This document shows, in pieces, positions 48,968 through 59,444 of a DNA stretch of 64,000 nucleotides. The DNA lies in the IMG/VR virus record IMGVR_UViG_3300046171_000284, positions 6,908 to 70,907 of that record; one strand, written 5' to 3'. Below the pieces are notes generated by a model that had not been told where the DNA came from, did no database searches, and was given only the letters and a program-made list of their open reading frames with translations. Within the stretch, counting starts at the first letter, position 1. Each line of letters opens with the position of its first letter. The stretch comes from a virus. Both the position numbers and the translations under genes were made by a program.

Positions 48968-50982
48968 TTGAATCAAACTTAAAACTTTCGGAAAAACAGG
49001 AAGAGGATCTAATTGAGTACGCTTTTCAAAGAGTTGAATCCTTAGAACAAGATAATCGTGATCGCATTGAAAGCGACAGACTTAGTTGGAAAACTTATGA
49101 AAATGACAGAGGCGACCGAGTGGGGCATGATAATATTTATTCTCATTCTAATGTACCTGTACCTATGACCACACTTGTGGTCGACCACTTCTTAGCTAGG
49201 GCTGAGGACGAGATCACAGGAACATCCCCATTTTTTAAATTTGCACCACAGGGTCCGTCTGACGATGTATCCGCAGAGGAGTACGATAAATACTTCAATT
49301 GGAAGTTGGAGACTGTCGGTCATACTAGGGAAAGACTAGAAGAATCATACCTACACATTTTCTTACAACGAGCCTGTATTATGAAAGCAGTGTACGACAG
49401 GCGTACCTCAACATGGCAAGACCACGAGAGAAATGCACTGTTTAATAACATCGAACAGGATTTCGAAGAGTTGCCCGGTTATGGTCCCGTTATTGAAGGA
49501 GTGGCTAATTTCTTTGAGGATGTTGACATTGAAACAGGGCAACCCTCTGTCAGGCTACAGGACGACCCATCCTTTAAAATGGAGCCCGGAGTACACGAGT
49601 TTAAAGCCTACCCCAAAGGCGTTCCCACTCAACAAGTAGTATATGACGGAGCGAAGAGCGTAGTCATAGATTCTGACAGGTTCTTATGCCCGTCAGATGT
49701 GGAAAGTATTCACCATGCTAACTTTGTTGCTGAGCTATACGATAAACCATTGACATGGGCTAGGGATATGTACCTTGAGCGTGAATGGTCAGACTTTGCC
49801 ACATTTTCTAATAAAGTAAGTAAGGACGCTAATAAAAGAACTAATCGCGAAGAGGACGGGTACAGGAGAGAAGACCTTTCTTTTGATAACTCAAAAAACC
49901 CTCAGATTAAGGTTATTGAGTGTTGGATCACGCGGGATGTGCTTGGCACAGGAGAACCACAACAATTTTGTTTGTTCCTAGAACCTGAGACGAAAACCGC
50001 CATTTATTATGAATATGTGGCTAAAGTTACACCTGACAACAGACTTCCATACAGTGTTGTTTCTATTGGCAGACAGCGTAATAAATGGTGGGGACCGTCC
50101 CTTCCTGAGAGAATAAAGGTTTATCAGGAGTTTATTGATAAGCAGTTTAACTCGGAAGCATACAGAAACGAACTTACTGCCAACCCAATCGTAGGTGCTA
50201 ACCTACAAGCCGTTGAGGACGAGCCTGACGATATCGAACTGTTACCCGGTAAGATATTTGAATTGAAGGACGGTAACACGGCAGATGATTTTATATCCTA
50301 TGTTCAGCTTCCAAATGCTGATGCCAAGACCCAACAGATGATTGATTTCGTATTTGGAATGGTTCAGCTTTGGCTTGGTGTGTCAAATATGGCACAGGGT
50401 GATTATCAGGCATTAGCACCCGCAAATACAGCCACAGGAGTGGAAGCAACGCTCCGCGAGGCTTCCAAAATTGGAAGACGGTGGATGCGTAGAATTGTTA
50501 AGGGTTTTGAGGATCACATATCCAAACTCGTTAAGATCACCGCTACTGTACTAGATCAGGAAGAAGTGTACGAATATATGGAGGGCGAGGTTAAAGCATT
50601 TGGAAAGATGAGTCCTGAATACATCAAGAAAATGGATATTGATGTAGCCGTTATTCTTAGCCAAGACCAAGGACAGCGAGCAATCGAGAAAGCAAATCTC
50701 GCACTTCAAACACAGCAAAGATTCTTCGAATCACCTCCTGAGATGCGTCCTTACATCAGACCTATGCTCAAGCGTATTCTTGATGCACTTGGGTATGAGA
50801 AAACTGATGAACTTCTCCCTGAAGATGCACCGCCCGATCCTAGACAGGAAGCTGAGATGATGAAATTAATGAGCGATGGGGCGGGAGCACCATCGCAATC
50901 AGGAGCGAACACTGAAGGCATGGCATCCGTCATGGGTAATAGTAATCCCCAAGGTGCTAATCAATTCCAACAACAAGCATAA
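48964..50982 (+). CDS. portal protein
   Basis: 672 aa; ANTATGV, WWGPSLPE; size and position fit a podoviral portal. Confidence 0.75.
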   Translation: MIESNLKLSEKQEEDLIEYAFQRVESLEQDNRDRIESDRLSWKTYENDRGDRVGHDNIYSHSNVPVPMTTLVVDHFLARAEDEITGTSPFFKFAPQGPSDDVSAEEYDKYFNWKLETVGHTRERLEESYLHIFLQRACIMKAVYDRRTSTWQDHERNALFNNIEQDFEELPGYGPVIEGVANFFEDVDIETGQPSVRLQDDPSFKMEPGVHEFKAYPKGVPTQQVVYDGAKSVVIDSDRFLCPSDVESIHHANFVAELYDKPLTWARDMYLEREWSDFATFSNKVSKDANKRTNREEDGYRREDLSFDNSKNPQIKVIECWITRDVLGTGEPQQFCLFLEPETKTAIYYEYVAKVTPDNRLPYSVVSIGRQRNKWWGPSLPERIKVYQEFIDKQFNSEAYRNELTANPIVGANLQAVEDEPDDIELLPGKIFELKDGNTADDFISYVQLPNADAKTQQMIDFVFGMVQLWLGVSNMAQGDYQALAPANTATGVEATLREASKIGRRWMRRIVKGFEDHISKLVKITATVLDQEEVYEYMEGEVKAFGKMSPEYIKKMDIDVAVILSQDQGQRAIEKANLALQTQQRFFESPPEMRPYIRPMLKRILDALGYEKTDELLPEDAPPDPRQEAEMMKLMSDGAGAPSQSGANTEGMASVMGNSNPQGANQFQQQA

Positions 50983-51626
50983 TGAGGACTTACAGAAACG
51001 GAAAACCCGCAAGCAATCCAAAAAGTTTATCTAGGGGAGTGATCAAAAAAGACTCTGCTAGGTTTAAAACAGTTGAGCGTGTTAATGACCCCGAAGGTAA
51101 GTTCGCCCGTTCGATAAAAGCTGTTTATGTAGACAGCGATGGCGATGGATTTCTCGACTCTTATCAAAAGAACTACAGAAACCCCGTCGTAGATAAGGCA
51201 TACAAAGATACTTTAACGACTACAGCCCCTCTTCCGCCACAGTTCGCACCCACAGATATTACAGTAACAGTTATCCCCCAACTTCAAACAATTGATTTTG
51301 CCAATAATTCGTTTTACCCGGACTTTGAATGGGACGGCACAACTACCGCAGATTATGCAGTTCAAAGCGGAGAAGTTTCCACAGGTGATCCTAAACCACT
51401 TTATGTGAGTAAAGGGAACGGTCACGCTAACACACATAATTATCAAATTATTTGGTACAGTAATCCTAGTAGTTCTGATATGGGCGGATCGCTAGATACT
51501 AATAGTCCAACTTGGATAATGATTGAACCGGGATCCGGAGTAGACGGAGATTTTTCAGGTGGTAGTGCTGATATATCTAATGGAAGTAGTGCATTTCTCT
51601 CAAGCAGTTTTACGGTAATCTTATAA
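50982..51626 (+). CDS. virion-associated hypothetical protein
   Basis: N-terminus paralogous to the next gene (MRxYRNGK...DxDGxG). Confidence 0.6.
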   Translation: MRTYRNGKPASNPKSLSRGVIKKDSARFKTVERVNDPEGKFARSIKAVYVDSDGDGFLDSYQKNYRNPVVDKAYKDTLTTTAPLPPQFAPTDITVTVIPQLQTIDFANNSFYPDFEWDGTTTADYAVQSGEVSTGDPKPLYVSKGNGHANTHNYQIIWYSNPSSSDMGGSLDTNSPTWIMIEPGSGVDGDFSGGSADISNGSSAFLSSSFTVIL

Positions 51627-53836
51627 TGAGGAAGTACCGAAACGGTAAGAAGTCGCAAAGACTACAGGGCGACAATAAGTATTCGGAATCGTACTTGGAA
51701 TACTCACATGCCCGTGGCTCAAGGTCTGTTAAGAGTATAGTTTTTGACACTGACGGGAATGGAGATGTCGACACTATACTCAAAGCATGGAGACACCCCG
51801 CCGTAAGAAAGGGGAACTACTTTGATTCTTCTACCGACCAACCAACCCTACCGCTAGGTGCTCAACATGCACCTACGAATATTTCCCTAATTGTTACCCC
51901 CGAATCTGCACCCACAGGAGTATCTTTAACTGCATCCCCTCAGGTTGCGCCCACGGGGATTTCAGCAACTACAATACTAACCGAGGGACCTACGGGCATA
52001 AGTGCTATCGCTAGTCCGCAAGTTGCACCTACGGGAATCACACTAAATTTAGACCGAGATGAAGACGGAGTGTATGCCGATGCCGATTTTGACGACAATG
52101 ACGATCAGGTCGGATCCGTAGTACCGCCCACCTCGCCACCCACGGGGATTTCAGCACTACCTTCCCCTCAGGTCGCACCCACAGGAATTTCAGCCACAGA
52201 AGAACCAAATTATAGTTCTATATCTTTTGAAGGACAAACCTACGATTTAATTGAAGAGGCAAGTAACGGCATAACCGTAACCCCACGCACCACTTCAAGC
52301 GGAAATATTACTGCTTCAAGAGTAAACGATGACGGTGAAATCTTAATACCAATTTCTGCAAATTCTCTTTGGGGTTCCGAAAACAACCAAACACTTTATG
52401 GACCTGTTTTTAATTTTAAACAATCAGACCCGGAGGCACACTATGTTGCTGTTAGTTGTACTAGTAGCGGAAACACAAACATAATTACCCAAAACCTTGG
52501 GAGTGCGGTTTTTCAAAATGGAATTGCTTCAAGAGCAATTGATAAATGGATAGCACACGACCGAAACATAATATCAGGAAGCACTACACGAAGTAAAACA
52601 GTTGTAGAACTAGTTTGGAAAAGCATTATAAACGAAACTATAAAAACGGAATATTACAAAATAGGTTTTCAACAACTTATAAACCCGCCACAGGTTGCAC
52701 CTACTAATATTTCCATATTTTCTCCAAACTCAAGTGCTATGGTTGCGGGAGTTAAGCATGAGTTTGAAGCTGTACTTTCCACAGGGTTTATGCGAACGAA
52801 TCCGAACAATCAAAATACTCAATATCAGGAGTATGGGCTTTGGAGAAACACTACACTAGGACTTGAGATTGTCACAGATTATGTAGCGCCTACTTTTGAA
52901 GCAGGTAGTCAGTATTCAATTGATCCGGGGTCTCTAACCCAATCTATCCGACCAATAGTAGGTGGCGGAAAAGTACTTATTCAAACAATAGTAGGAAGCG
53001 CTTACACCATGTCTCCGAATTGGTTAATTGAATATGGAGCGTATGTAAATGGGTCTTTTGTATCTTCCTCCTCGGTCAAGAGGATAACACTTTCCCGCAC
53101 GGGTCAAGATTGGGAGTACAATATCGTAGCCCCACAGGTAGCACCCACAAATATTTCCGTATCGCTAGACCTTGATGAGGACGGAGTTTATTCAGGTCAG
53201 GACTACGATGATACGGACGCTCAATTAGGGCAAAGTGTGTATGTAGGTTCAGTACCCGATACGAATGCTATATCTAATGTTGCAGAAAATACTGCGATAG
53301 GTGCATCAATTAATATATCTGCCTCAGCTAAGAGCGGGTATGTATTTTCTCATTGGGAGATACTTAACGGTTCAGGCACTTTTGGAGATGTAAATTCAGC
53401 TAATACTACCTTTATACCGACCGCCCATGACAATGGCACTGTTGCACTATACGCAAGATCCAAACTCCCTCCCACTCCAAAGACAATTCAATTACTTCAC
53501 AACTATATAAATTTTGGTCTCTCTAATAGTTTTTTACCAACAGCAACTAGCACTTCAGGCGTTATAACATCAGATGAAATTGTTGTTAGCACCGTCAACA
53601 CAGGTAAAAATGTAAGGGAGATAGAATTGTCAGATAGTGGAGGTGATGTTACTTATACAGCCCTAACTTCATTTCCGATAAGTAGTATGACGGCAACTTT
53701 CGTAGAATGGGAGATTAGAGATTCAGGTTATCAAACCATTCAAACTCTCACTAACCCAATAATCGATCTCAATATAATTGATAACCCTACCTACTCTGAT
53801 GTAGTAGAGCTAGTGGCACAATACACCTTATCTTAG
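51626..53836 (+). CDS. virion decoration/fibre protein with PQVAPTGIS repeats
   Basis: About nine (A/P/G)PT(G/N)(I/V)(S/T) motifs, DxDxDG Ca-binding-like motifs, and a GYVFSHW InlB-B-repeat-like segment. Confidence 0.6.
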   Translation: MRKYRNGKKSQRLQGDNKYSESYLEYSHARGSRSVKSIVFDTDGNGDVDTILKAWRHPAVRKGNYFDSSTDQPTLPLGAQHAPTNISLIVTPESAPTGVSLTASPQVAPTGISATTILTEGPTGISAIASPQVAPTGITLNLDRDEDGVYADADFDDNDDQVGSVVPPTSPPTGISALPSPQVAPTGISATEEPNYSSISFEGQTYDLIEEASNGITVTPRTTSSGNITASRVNDDGEILIPISANSLWGSENNQTLYGPVFNFKQSDPEAHYVAVSCTSSGNTNIITQNLGSAVFQNGIASRAIDKWIAHDRNIISGSTTRSKTVVELVWKSIINETIKTEYYKIGFQQLINPPQVAPTNISIFSPNSSAMVAGVKHEFEAVLSTGFMRTNPNNQNTQYQEYGLWRNTTLGLEIVTDYVAPTFEAGSQYSIDPGSLTQSIRPIVGGGKVLIQTIVGSAYTMSPNWLIEYGAYVNGSFVSSSSVKRITLSRTGQDWEYNIVAPQVAPTNISVSLDLDEDGVYSGQDYDDTDAQLGQSVYVGSVPDTNAISNVAENTAIGASINISASAKSGYVFSHWEILNGSGTFGDVNSANTTFIPTAHDNGTVALYARSKLPPTPKTIQLLHNYINFGLSNSFLPTATSTSGVITSDEIVVSTVNTGKNVREIELSDSGGDVTYTALTSFPISSMTATFVEWEIRDSGYQTIQTLTNPIIDLNIIDNPTYSDVVELVAQYTLS

Positions 53837-53841
53837 ATAAT

Positions 53842-53885
53842 TACAAACGCTTAAAATAGATAAGAATAAACCCTATTATAAAATC
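53842..53885 (+). promoter_or_regulatory. putative late promoter TACAAACG-N24-TATTAT-N6-ATG
   Basis: Shared geometry. Confidence 0.65.
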
Positions 53886-54212
53886 ATGGCTAATATAAAA
53901 ATTGATTGGACGAACCCATCTGATGTAACAGGCGTAGCGGGTGTTAGGCTTTTAAAGAAAACTGTAGCTGACGAGAATGACCCCGCACCTTCTTGCTCTG
54001 ACTTTATTGCAGTTAATGCAGTACCTACAACAGATCGACCTGCCGGAGTAGATCAATGTTATGACTATCCTTACGCACCAACCGCAAATTCTGCCGGAAC
54101 ATACTTGGACGAAGGTGTAACCGCAGGTAACTACTACTACGCAGTATTCACTTATAACGAAGCAGGTTTCAGCCCCTGTGCATCGACTACTACGGTAACT
54201 ACGATTACCTAA
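53886..54212 (+). CDS. small FN3-like virion protein
   Basis: IKIDWTNP...GV...TYLD...YYYAVFTYNEAGFS. Confidence 0.7.
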   Translation: MANIKIDWTNPSDVTGVAGVRLLKKTVADENDPAPSCSDFIAVNAVPTTDRPAGVDQCYDYPYAPTANSAGTYLDEGVTAGNYYYAVFTYNEAGFSPCASTTTVTTIT

Positions 54213-54213
54213 G

Positions 54214-54420
54214 ATGAAATATTCCCACAAAAAGAGTCAGGATAAACTAGCGGTTGATCGGAAAGATAAATCCGCGACTCCTAGAAAGGTGTCCTCCCAC
54301 AAAACAGTGGAGCGTGTTTACGGACACTTTTCGGGGCTGTTCGGAGGTAGTCTTGGTAGTGAATACAATAAGACTACGGGTAAAATATCAAAAACTCACA
54401 GAGCGGATTCAATTGAGTGA
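54214..54420 (+). CDS. hypothetical protein
   Basis: Coupled 68-aa ORF. Confidence 0.5.
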   Translation: MKYSHKKSQDKLAVDRKDKSATPRKVSSHKTVERVYGHFSGLFGGSLGSEYNKTTGKISKTHRADSIE

Positions 54421-54701
54421 GCGATCTTATAGTATTCGATAAATTATCGGACATCAAAAGATTAACTGTTGATGACGCTTTTTTACATCTTGAAAAGCGT
54501 TTTCAGAAAGAAAGAGGTCGCTATCTTTCGAAAATGCTTGATAAGGGGACTTCGCCGGAAGAAACGATTGCCATTAAGGCTATCCTTAACGCGATTGAGA
54601 GCTTATCGCCTATGGCTCTTGCGGAGACAGTACTTAAAATCGAAGCGAAAAATTTGAAGACCCACAGTCCTGAAATGTTCAAAGTTAAGAAACAGGCATG
54701 A
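54417..54701 (+). CDS. hypothetical protein
   Basis: Coupled 94-aa helical ORF. Confidence 0.6.
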   Translation: MSDLIVFDKLSDIKRLTVDDAFLHLEKRFQKERGRYLSKMLDKGTSPEETIAIKAILNAIESLSPMALAETVLKIEAKNLKTHSPEMFKVKKQA

Positions 54702-54988
54702 AAATAAAACACTTTGGCAATGTACGCTTACGAACAGGCAATGTAGATAAGAGCATTGGGTTCACAGACTCGCCTATTTTAGAAATCAAAAAAGTACATA
54801 ACGGGTATGTGGGGGAGGAAAGAAGAGTGACGGGCGTTTGGACAAACGGTCCCAACACCACAGTCATTGGCGAAATTCTTATTATAGATTTTATATCCCC
54901 ATCAAACGGAAGAAGGTATTTAAGATCTAACGGTAGTAAAATGTGGGGCAGTTTTCAACAATATCTAAATCTAACGGAGCCTAAATAG
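54698..54988 (+). CDS. hypothetical protein
   Basis: Coupled 96-aa ORF. Confidence 0.55.
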   Translation: MKIKHFGNVRLRTGNVDKSIGFTDSPILEIKKVHNGYVGEERRVTGVWTNGPNTTVIGEILIIDFISPSNGRRYLRSNGSKMWGSFQQYLNLTEPK

Positions 54989-54990
54989 TC

Positions 54991-55200
54991 ATGGGTCGAG
55001 TAAGATTATTTAATAGCAGTGAGGAGGATGTTGATGCCCCGAACAGCAGTCGTATCTTTTCTACTAGTAATCAAACGGGTACTTTAGAGGATCTATTTAT
55101 TCCCAAATCTGACTTTTCAAAAACCCCGCCCGAAAATTTTCTTACATGCTATGTTTTGGACGGCGGAGATTCAACAAACCAACCGTGCGATGAGTCATGA
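54991..55200 (+). CDS. hypothetical protein
   Basis: 69 aa ending near LDGG, a motif typical before Mtd-N-type genes. Confidence 0.5.
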   Translation: MGRVRLFNSSEEDVDAPNSSRIFSTSNQTGTLEDLFIPKSDFSKTPPENFLTCYVLDGGDSTNQPCDES

Positions 55201-55439
55201 GTGTTTCCATCAGATTACGGCGCGATTCTGCGGAACGGTGGCTAGAAAATGACCCCGTACTTTTTCAAGGTGAGCTAGGTGCTGACCTAACCAATAAAAA
55301 ACTTAAATTAGGTGACGGATTCAACGAATGGAGCAAGTTACCTTATTTAAATTCCGAAGGATTAGAAGAAATTAGATCGGAATACGGAAATGAAACCGAT
55401 TTCGAATTATACTACGAAATGTTTAAATTAGACTCATGA
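55197..55439 (+). CDS. Mtd-N/hyaluronidase-N-like fibre attachment domain protein
   Basis: IRLRRDSAERW...PVLFQGELG...KLKLGDG...WSKLPY. Confidence 0.75.
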   Translation: MSVSIRLRRDSAERWLENDPVLFQGELGADLTNKKLKLGDGFNEWSKLPYLNSEGLEEIRSEYGNETDFELYYEMFKLDS

Positions 55440-56413
55440 GCACAACTCCAGCAACAATTTTAGGAAAGATCGGTAAAAAAGTCGGTGAAGAAGTAAAAAC
55501 GGTTAGCACCGCTATTTCTACACACTCAGGTAAGACGGATAATCCGCACAATGTAACTAAAACGCAAGTCGGTCTAGGCAATGTGGACGATGTTGCTCTT
55601 AGTACATGGGCGGGTACCGCAAACATTACCACAGTAGGTACGCTTTCTAGCGGTACAGTTCCATACAGTTTACTTTCCGGCGTACCTGATGTAAATAACA
55701 TCTCAGGTAATCTTACCATTGGCGGTAACCTTACGGTAGGCGGTCAAACAACTACTCTAAATACTGAGACTGTATTAGTGGAGGATAATATCATCGAGCT
55801 CAATATGAAGTCCGATGGTGCTGAGACTGCTCAGACTTCAGGCATTCAGGTTAATCGTGGAGTTGGACTGACAGAAATTGAAGTCAGTGGTTTTGGAAAA
55901 TTTATCGAAGACATTGGGTCAAACTATGACTTAAGCAACACAATAAATGGTGGAAATGTAGACGGAAAGGAGACCTATACACTCGAAGGTCCTAACCCCC
56001 AAGGGTATAAAATAGTTTGGTTTTCTAATCCAAGTGCCAATAATTCGAATGGAGATTTGGACACCACTTCAGCAGGGTGGGTCATTCAAGAAGATAATGG
56101 TACTGCATTGGGGCTTTACCAAGACTTTAGTGGTGGAAGTGAAAACTTGGGAAATGGTTCGACAGCAAATCCGGCAAGCGGAATAACAATTACTCAGTCG
56201 GTTGACGATAAAGCCACTATTATTTGGGACGACAATTCAGGACAGGCTACATGGAAATTCGGTCTTGGAACTGCGGACGCTGACATTAAGGCTAAGGATG
56301 TAGTTGCGACAGGTGTAGTAAAAGTACCTAGCGGAAACGGGCTAAAAATTAACGATGTTTCAATTGGCGACTACGCTTTGTTCGAATCAGCATTGAATAC
56401 TGCTAAGTCTTAA
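55436..56413 (+). CDS. tail fibre-like protein
   Basis: NPHNVTKTQVGLGNVD, GNLTVGG, VEDNIIELN. Confidence 0.75.
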   Translation: MSTTPATILGKIGKKVGEEVKTVSTAISTHSGKTDNPHNVTKTQVGLGNVDDVALSTWAGTANITTVGTLSSGTVPYSLLSGVPDVNNISGNLTIGGNLTVGGQTTTLNTETVLVEDNIIELNMKSDGAETAQTSGIQVNRGVGLTEIEVSGFGKFIEDIGSNYDLSNTINGGNVDGKETYTLEGPNPQGYKIVWFSNPSANNSNGDLDTTSAGWVIQEDNGTALGLYQDFSGGSENLGNGSTANPASGITITQSVDDKATIIWDDNSGQATWKFGLGTADADIKAKDVVATGVVKVPSGNGLKINDVSIGDYALFESALNTAKS

Positions 56414-56416
56414 GAT

Positions 56417-56710
56417 GTGGCTTCTATTCTCGAACAGATTGGGACTAAGGTCGGTCAAGAGCTAAAAGCTCTTACCCCTGCCGACAGCCATGCCGAAACT
56501 ACTTTTAACACAGACGGCATCCTAGTAAGTTCTACAATTTGGAGTAGTCCCTCAAAGACTTCAAAAATCGGCTCTAAGGTTCTAACTTACACGAATGGCA
56601 ATTTGACTAGTATAGTTGAGAAAGACGGCTCTGATGTTACTACGCTTACGAAGACAATAGCTTATGATGGGGACGGTAATGTCTCATCAATCACAAAGGA
56701 GTATGCATGA
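56417..56710 (+). CDS. hypothetical virion protein
   Basis: N-terminus ILEQIGTKVGQELK resembles that of the preceding gene; YD-like hairpins. Confidence 0.55.
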   Translation: MASILEQIGTKVGQELKALTPADSHAETTFNTDGILVSSTIWSSPSKTSKIGSKVLTYTNGNLTSIVEKDGSDVTTLTKTIAYDGDGNVSSITKEYA

Positions 56711-58956
56711 GTTTTTCTGAAGCAAGTAACAAGATTACGCAAACAGGGACTGACACTGATCTTAGTGGGTTGAATGGAGTGACGGGAGTAACTACTACAG
56801 TTCGTGGAAACCACACTACTTATACAATTGCTTCCACTCATTTCCTAGAGGTTCAAGGAACACTTAGCATTGATCCTGCCTATGAGACTTTGCAAATGAT
56901 GAAGCAAGCTATCAATGCAGGTAGTGGGCATCCACTCACAGTAACAGGCACATTGAATCTAGGTGTCAAAACTACAGCAAATGGGAAAGACAAATACTCG
57001 GTCGGTGTAGGAATTGATTTACCAAATGAGAATCTGACAGGGCAAATGTATAATACCTTTGGCATTTCGTTTGGAGGTAGTTCTACATTTTTGTGGAATG
57101 GTGGAATAATTCGTACTACTGCAACTTTGCGAACTGCAAATGGGGCAACAGTTACAGTCAATAGTGGGATCTTTTATAACCTTGCGAAACAGGGGTCATC
57201 TAACACAAACACATCTCAGTTTAGAATCGAGTCTTCTAATTCTACGAGCGATGCGAAAATAAACATTTACGATTTAACTTTTGATGGTGAAACTTTGGAG
57301 TCTAGAATTTTTACAAAGAGTGGATGGAATGTTGGAATCTTTAAATTTAAAAAAGGTGGATTCCAAAGTTACAATTCGCCATTTCCTCCTTTGACTTTCG
57401 AGAACTTTGACACAAGCCCAAACTTACATGACTTCGACATAATTAATGTTACTAGAACTCAGTCAAGCGGAGAGACAATTACAATCAAAGGCTTTTCCGA
57501 CAGATTACGAGTTGCACTAGATGCAGGAAGAAATAATTTCATGTATCTCAAATGCGTTAGACCTATAAGTTTAGTAGTCGAAGATTTAAATGGTAACCCA
57601 TTAACCTATTCGTATTACGCTAAAGATTTAGATAGTGGCAACAGAGCATTAGGTTCAAAAAATCAAGATGATACATCTGATAAGATCTACAGTGGAGTCA
57701 ACCAGTCTGGCAATTTAGACGCAGATGTTTTGGTCGAGGTAATCAATTACATCAATAAGACCATCACTACTGATTCTCGCACCAACTCAAATTCAGAAAT
57801 TCCATTTTCAATTATTGCATATAATCAGACAATAACAGATTTTGCCGAAGATTTAGTTGGACTTAATACTTTAGGGAGTACAGTTAAGATGACTCCAGAT
57901 CTGGTAGTATCTGAAGCAACAAAATCAGTTGTAGATGTGTATACTTCAATAGACACTCCACAGAAATTTTACGACATAGCAAAATCTTACCTCGTTGATA
58001 ATTATGCAGGTGAAGCATCACCATTAGTGTCAAGGGATGGAAACACTATTGATGCGGGCTCTTATAATGTAATCGTGGATGCTACAGCAAATTTAGTATT
58101 TGCGATTAGTGGTAATACATTAACGATTAAAGCTACCACATTTGTGGGCAATATAAGTACTTCCGGAACTACTACTTTATCTAATGGAGCAGAAGTTATT
58201 GGTACATTTGGAGCGACCACGGTTCTTCCTTGGACTGTTAAAAATGTAGAGGCAACAACAAGGTTGCAACTTTACAATATTACAAAAAGCTCGCTTGTAG
58301 TTACTCGAAAATTAACAGGTACGGCAGGTGCTTATGTAGATGCAACTGATACATACGACCAAACAGAAATTTCAGTAGGTGATGTTGTTCGACTGCGTTG
58401 CACTTGTGTAGTAGGTGCTACAGCTATGCTACCCGTTGAGGCAACAGGCGTGGCTACAACTACAGGCATTACATTTGCAGTCGATCAAGTAGCGGATGAA
58501 GTATACAACTCTAATGGTATAAACGGAAGTCAAGTATCTACATTAACTGCAGACTACAGCAACCCAATGGGTGTAGATGTATCGGATGCGGATGGCACAG
58601 CGAGCGTAAAAGAAATGTATGCATTCTTTGTGTATTCCACTACAACTGAGGATGGGGTTGATAAATGGTTTGGTGGTATGCGAGCAATTGACAATGCAAA
58701 CTATGAAATCATAACAGCTAATGCCGACATTAAGATACAAAATGTAGGTACTAGCGCAGTCGTAGTAACGGATGGCAGATTATATCGAGACGACCAAGCA
58801 TCTGTTTTATATGCAGAAAACGGTGACAAACCAATATCTATGGATTCAGGTGCTTTAACTACCAATGTTCAGCCAATGGTAGAGTCCGCTTTGAATAACA
58901 ACGCCAAGGTGGGATCAATAGATAAAAATACAAAAATAATACCTGCACTATTATGA
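56707..58956 (+). CDS. beta-rich receptor-binding/fibre-like protein
   Basis: 749 aa, rich in T, G, S and N; position among fibre genes. Confidence 0.55.
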   Translation: MSFSEASNKITQTGTDTDLSGLNGVTGVTTTVRGNHTTYTIASTHFLEVQGTLSIDPAYETLQMMKQAINAGSGHPLTVTGTLNLGVKTTANGKDKYSVGVGIDLPNENLTGQMYNTFGISFGGSSTFLWNGGIIRTTATLRTANGATVTVNSGIFYNLAKQGSSNTNTSQFRIESSNSTSDAKINIYDLTFDGETLESRIFTKSGWNVGIFKFKKGGFQSYNSPFPPLTFENFDTSPNLHDFDIINVTRTQSSGETITIKGFSDRLRVALDAGRNNFMYLKCVRPISLVVEDLNGNPLTYSYYAKDLDSGNRALGSKNQDDTSDKIYSGVNQSGNLDADVLVEVINYINKTITTDSRTNSNSEIPFSIIAYNQTITDFAEDLVGLNTLGSTVKMTPDLVVSEATKSVVDVYTSIDTPQKFYDIAKSYLVDNYAGEASPLVSRDGNTIDAGSYNVIVDATANLVFAISGNTLTIKATTFVGNISTSGTTTLSNGAEVIGTFGATTVLPWTVKNVEATTRLQLYNITKSSLVVTRKLTGTAGAYVDATDTYDQTEISVGDVVRLRCTCVVGATAMLPVEATGVATTTGITFAVDQVADEVYNSNGINGSQVSTLTADYSNPMGVDVSDADGTASVKEMYAFFVYSTTTEDGVDKWFGGMRAIDNANYEIITANADIKIQNVGTSAVVVTDGRLYRDDQASVLYAENGDKPISMDSGALTTNVQPMVESALNNNAKVGSIDKNTKIIPALL

Positions 58957-59444
58957 GTAAGGGAGATATAGCCTTACTTTTAGACATACTGCTTATAGTA
59001 GCAATGTTTCTACTAACTCAGAGTTGCACAGTTTCCCAATGGTATCCTGTGGCAGGGGCTGTAGCAGGTGGAGCGTCAGGCTCAATTCTAGGACCTGCCG
59101 GAGGAGGTATCGGGGCAGGGGTTGGGTATGCAGGTGGAAAAACTGCACAAATGATGTCAGAAAACGAGGATCTTAAGGAAACGGTAACGGCTCTGACTCA
59201 CGGAGATGTGAGTAAACTTGTTGAAAAAGGACTAGAATCACAGGCTAGTGGGTTTGATGAATTCACAAACACAATAAAAAATATACTAACGGTAGCGGGA
59301 TCGGTGCTTCTCGCTTATCTTTGTATTCCAATACTATTAGCAAGAAAAACTGCTACACAATGTGCAAAAAAGGAAGCAGAGAAACATTTAACAAGAATCC
59401 CATTTCCCCCAAGACACACTGATGAAAAACATAAAAATTCTTAA
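58953..59444 (+). CDS. membrane lipoprotein-like protein with glycine zipper (lysis cluster)
   Basis: Signal peptide with LTQSC lipobox-like motif, Gly zipper and C-terminal TM segment. Confidence 0.55.
   Translation: MSKGDIALLLDILLIVAMFLLTQSCTVSQWYPVAGAVAGGASGSILGPAGGGIGAGVGYAGGKTAQMMSENEDLKETVTALTHGDVSKLVEKGLESQASGFDEFTNTIKNILTVAGSVLLAYLCIPILLARKTATQCAKKEAEKHLTRIPFPPRHTDEKHKNS

Noticed and set aside
50982-58956. Diversity-generating retroelement suggested by the Mtd-N-like domain
   Set aside because: No reverse transcriptase and no template/variable repeat pair seen in the window.
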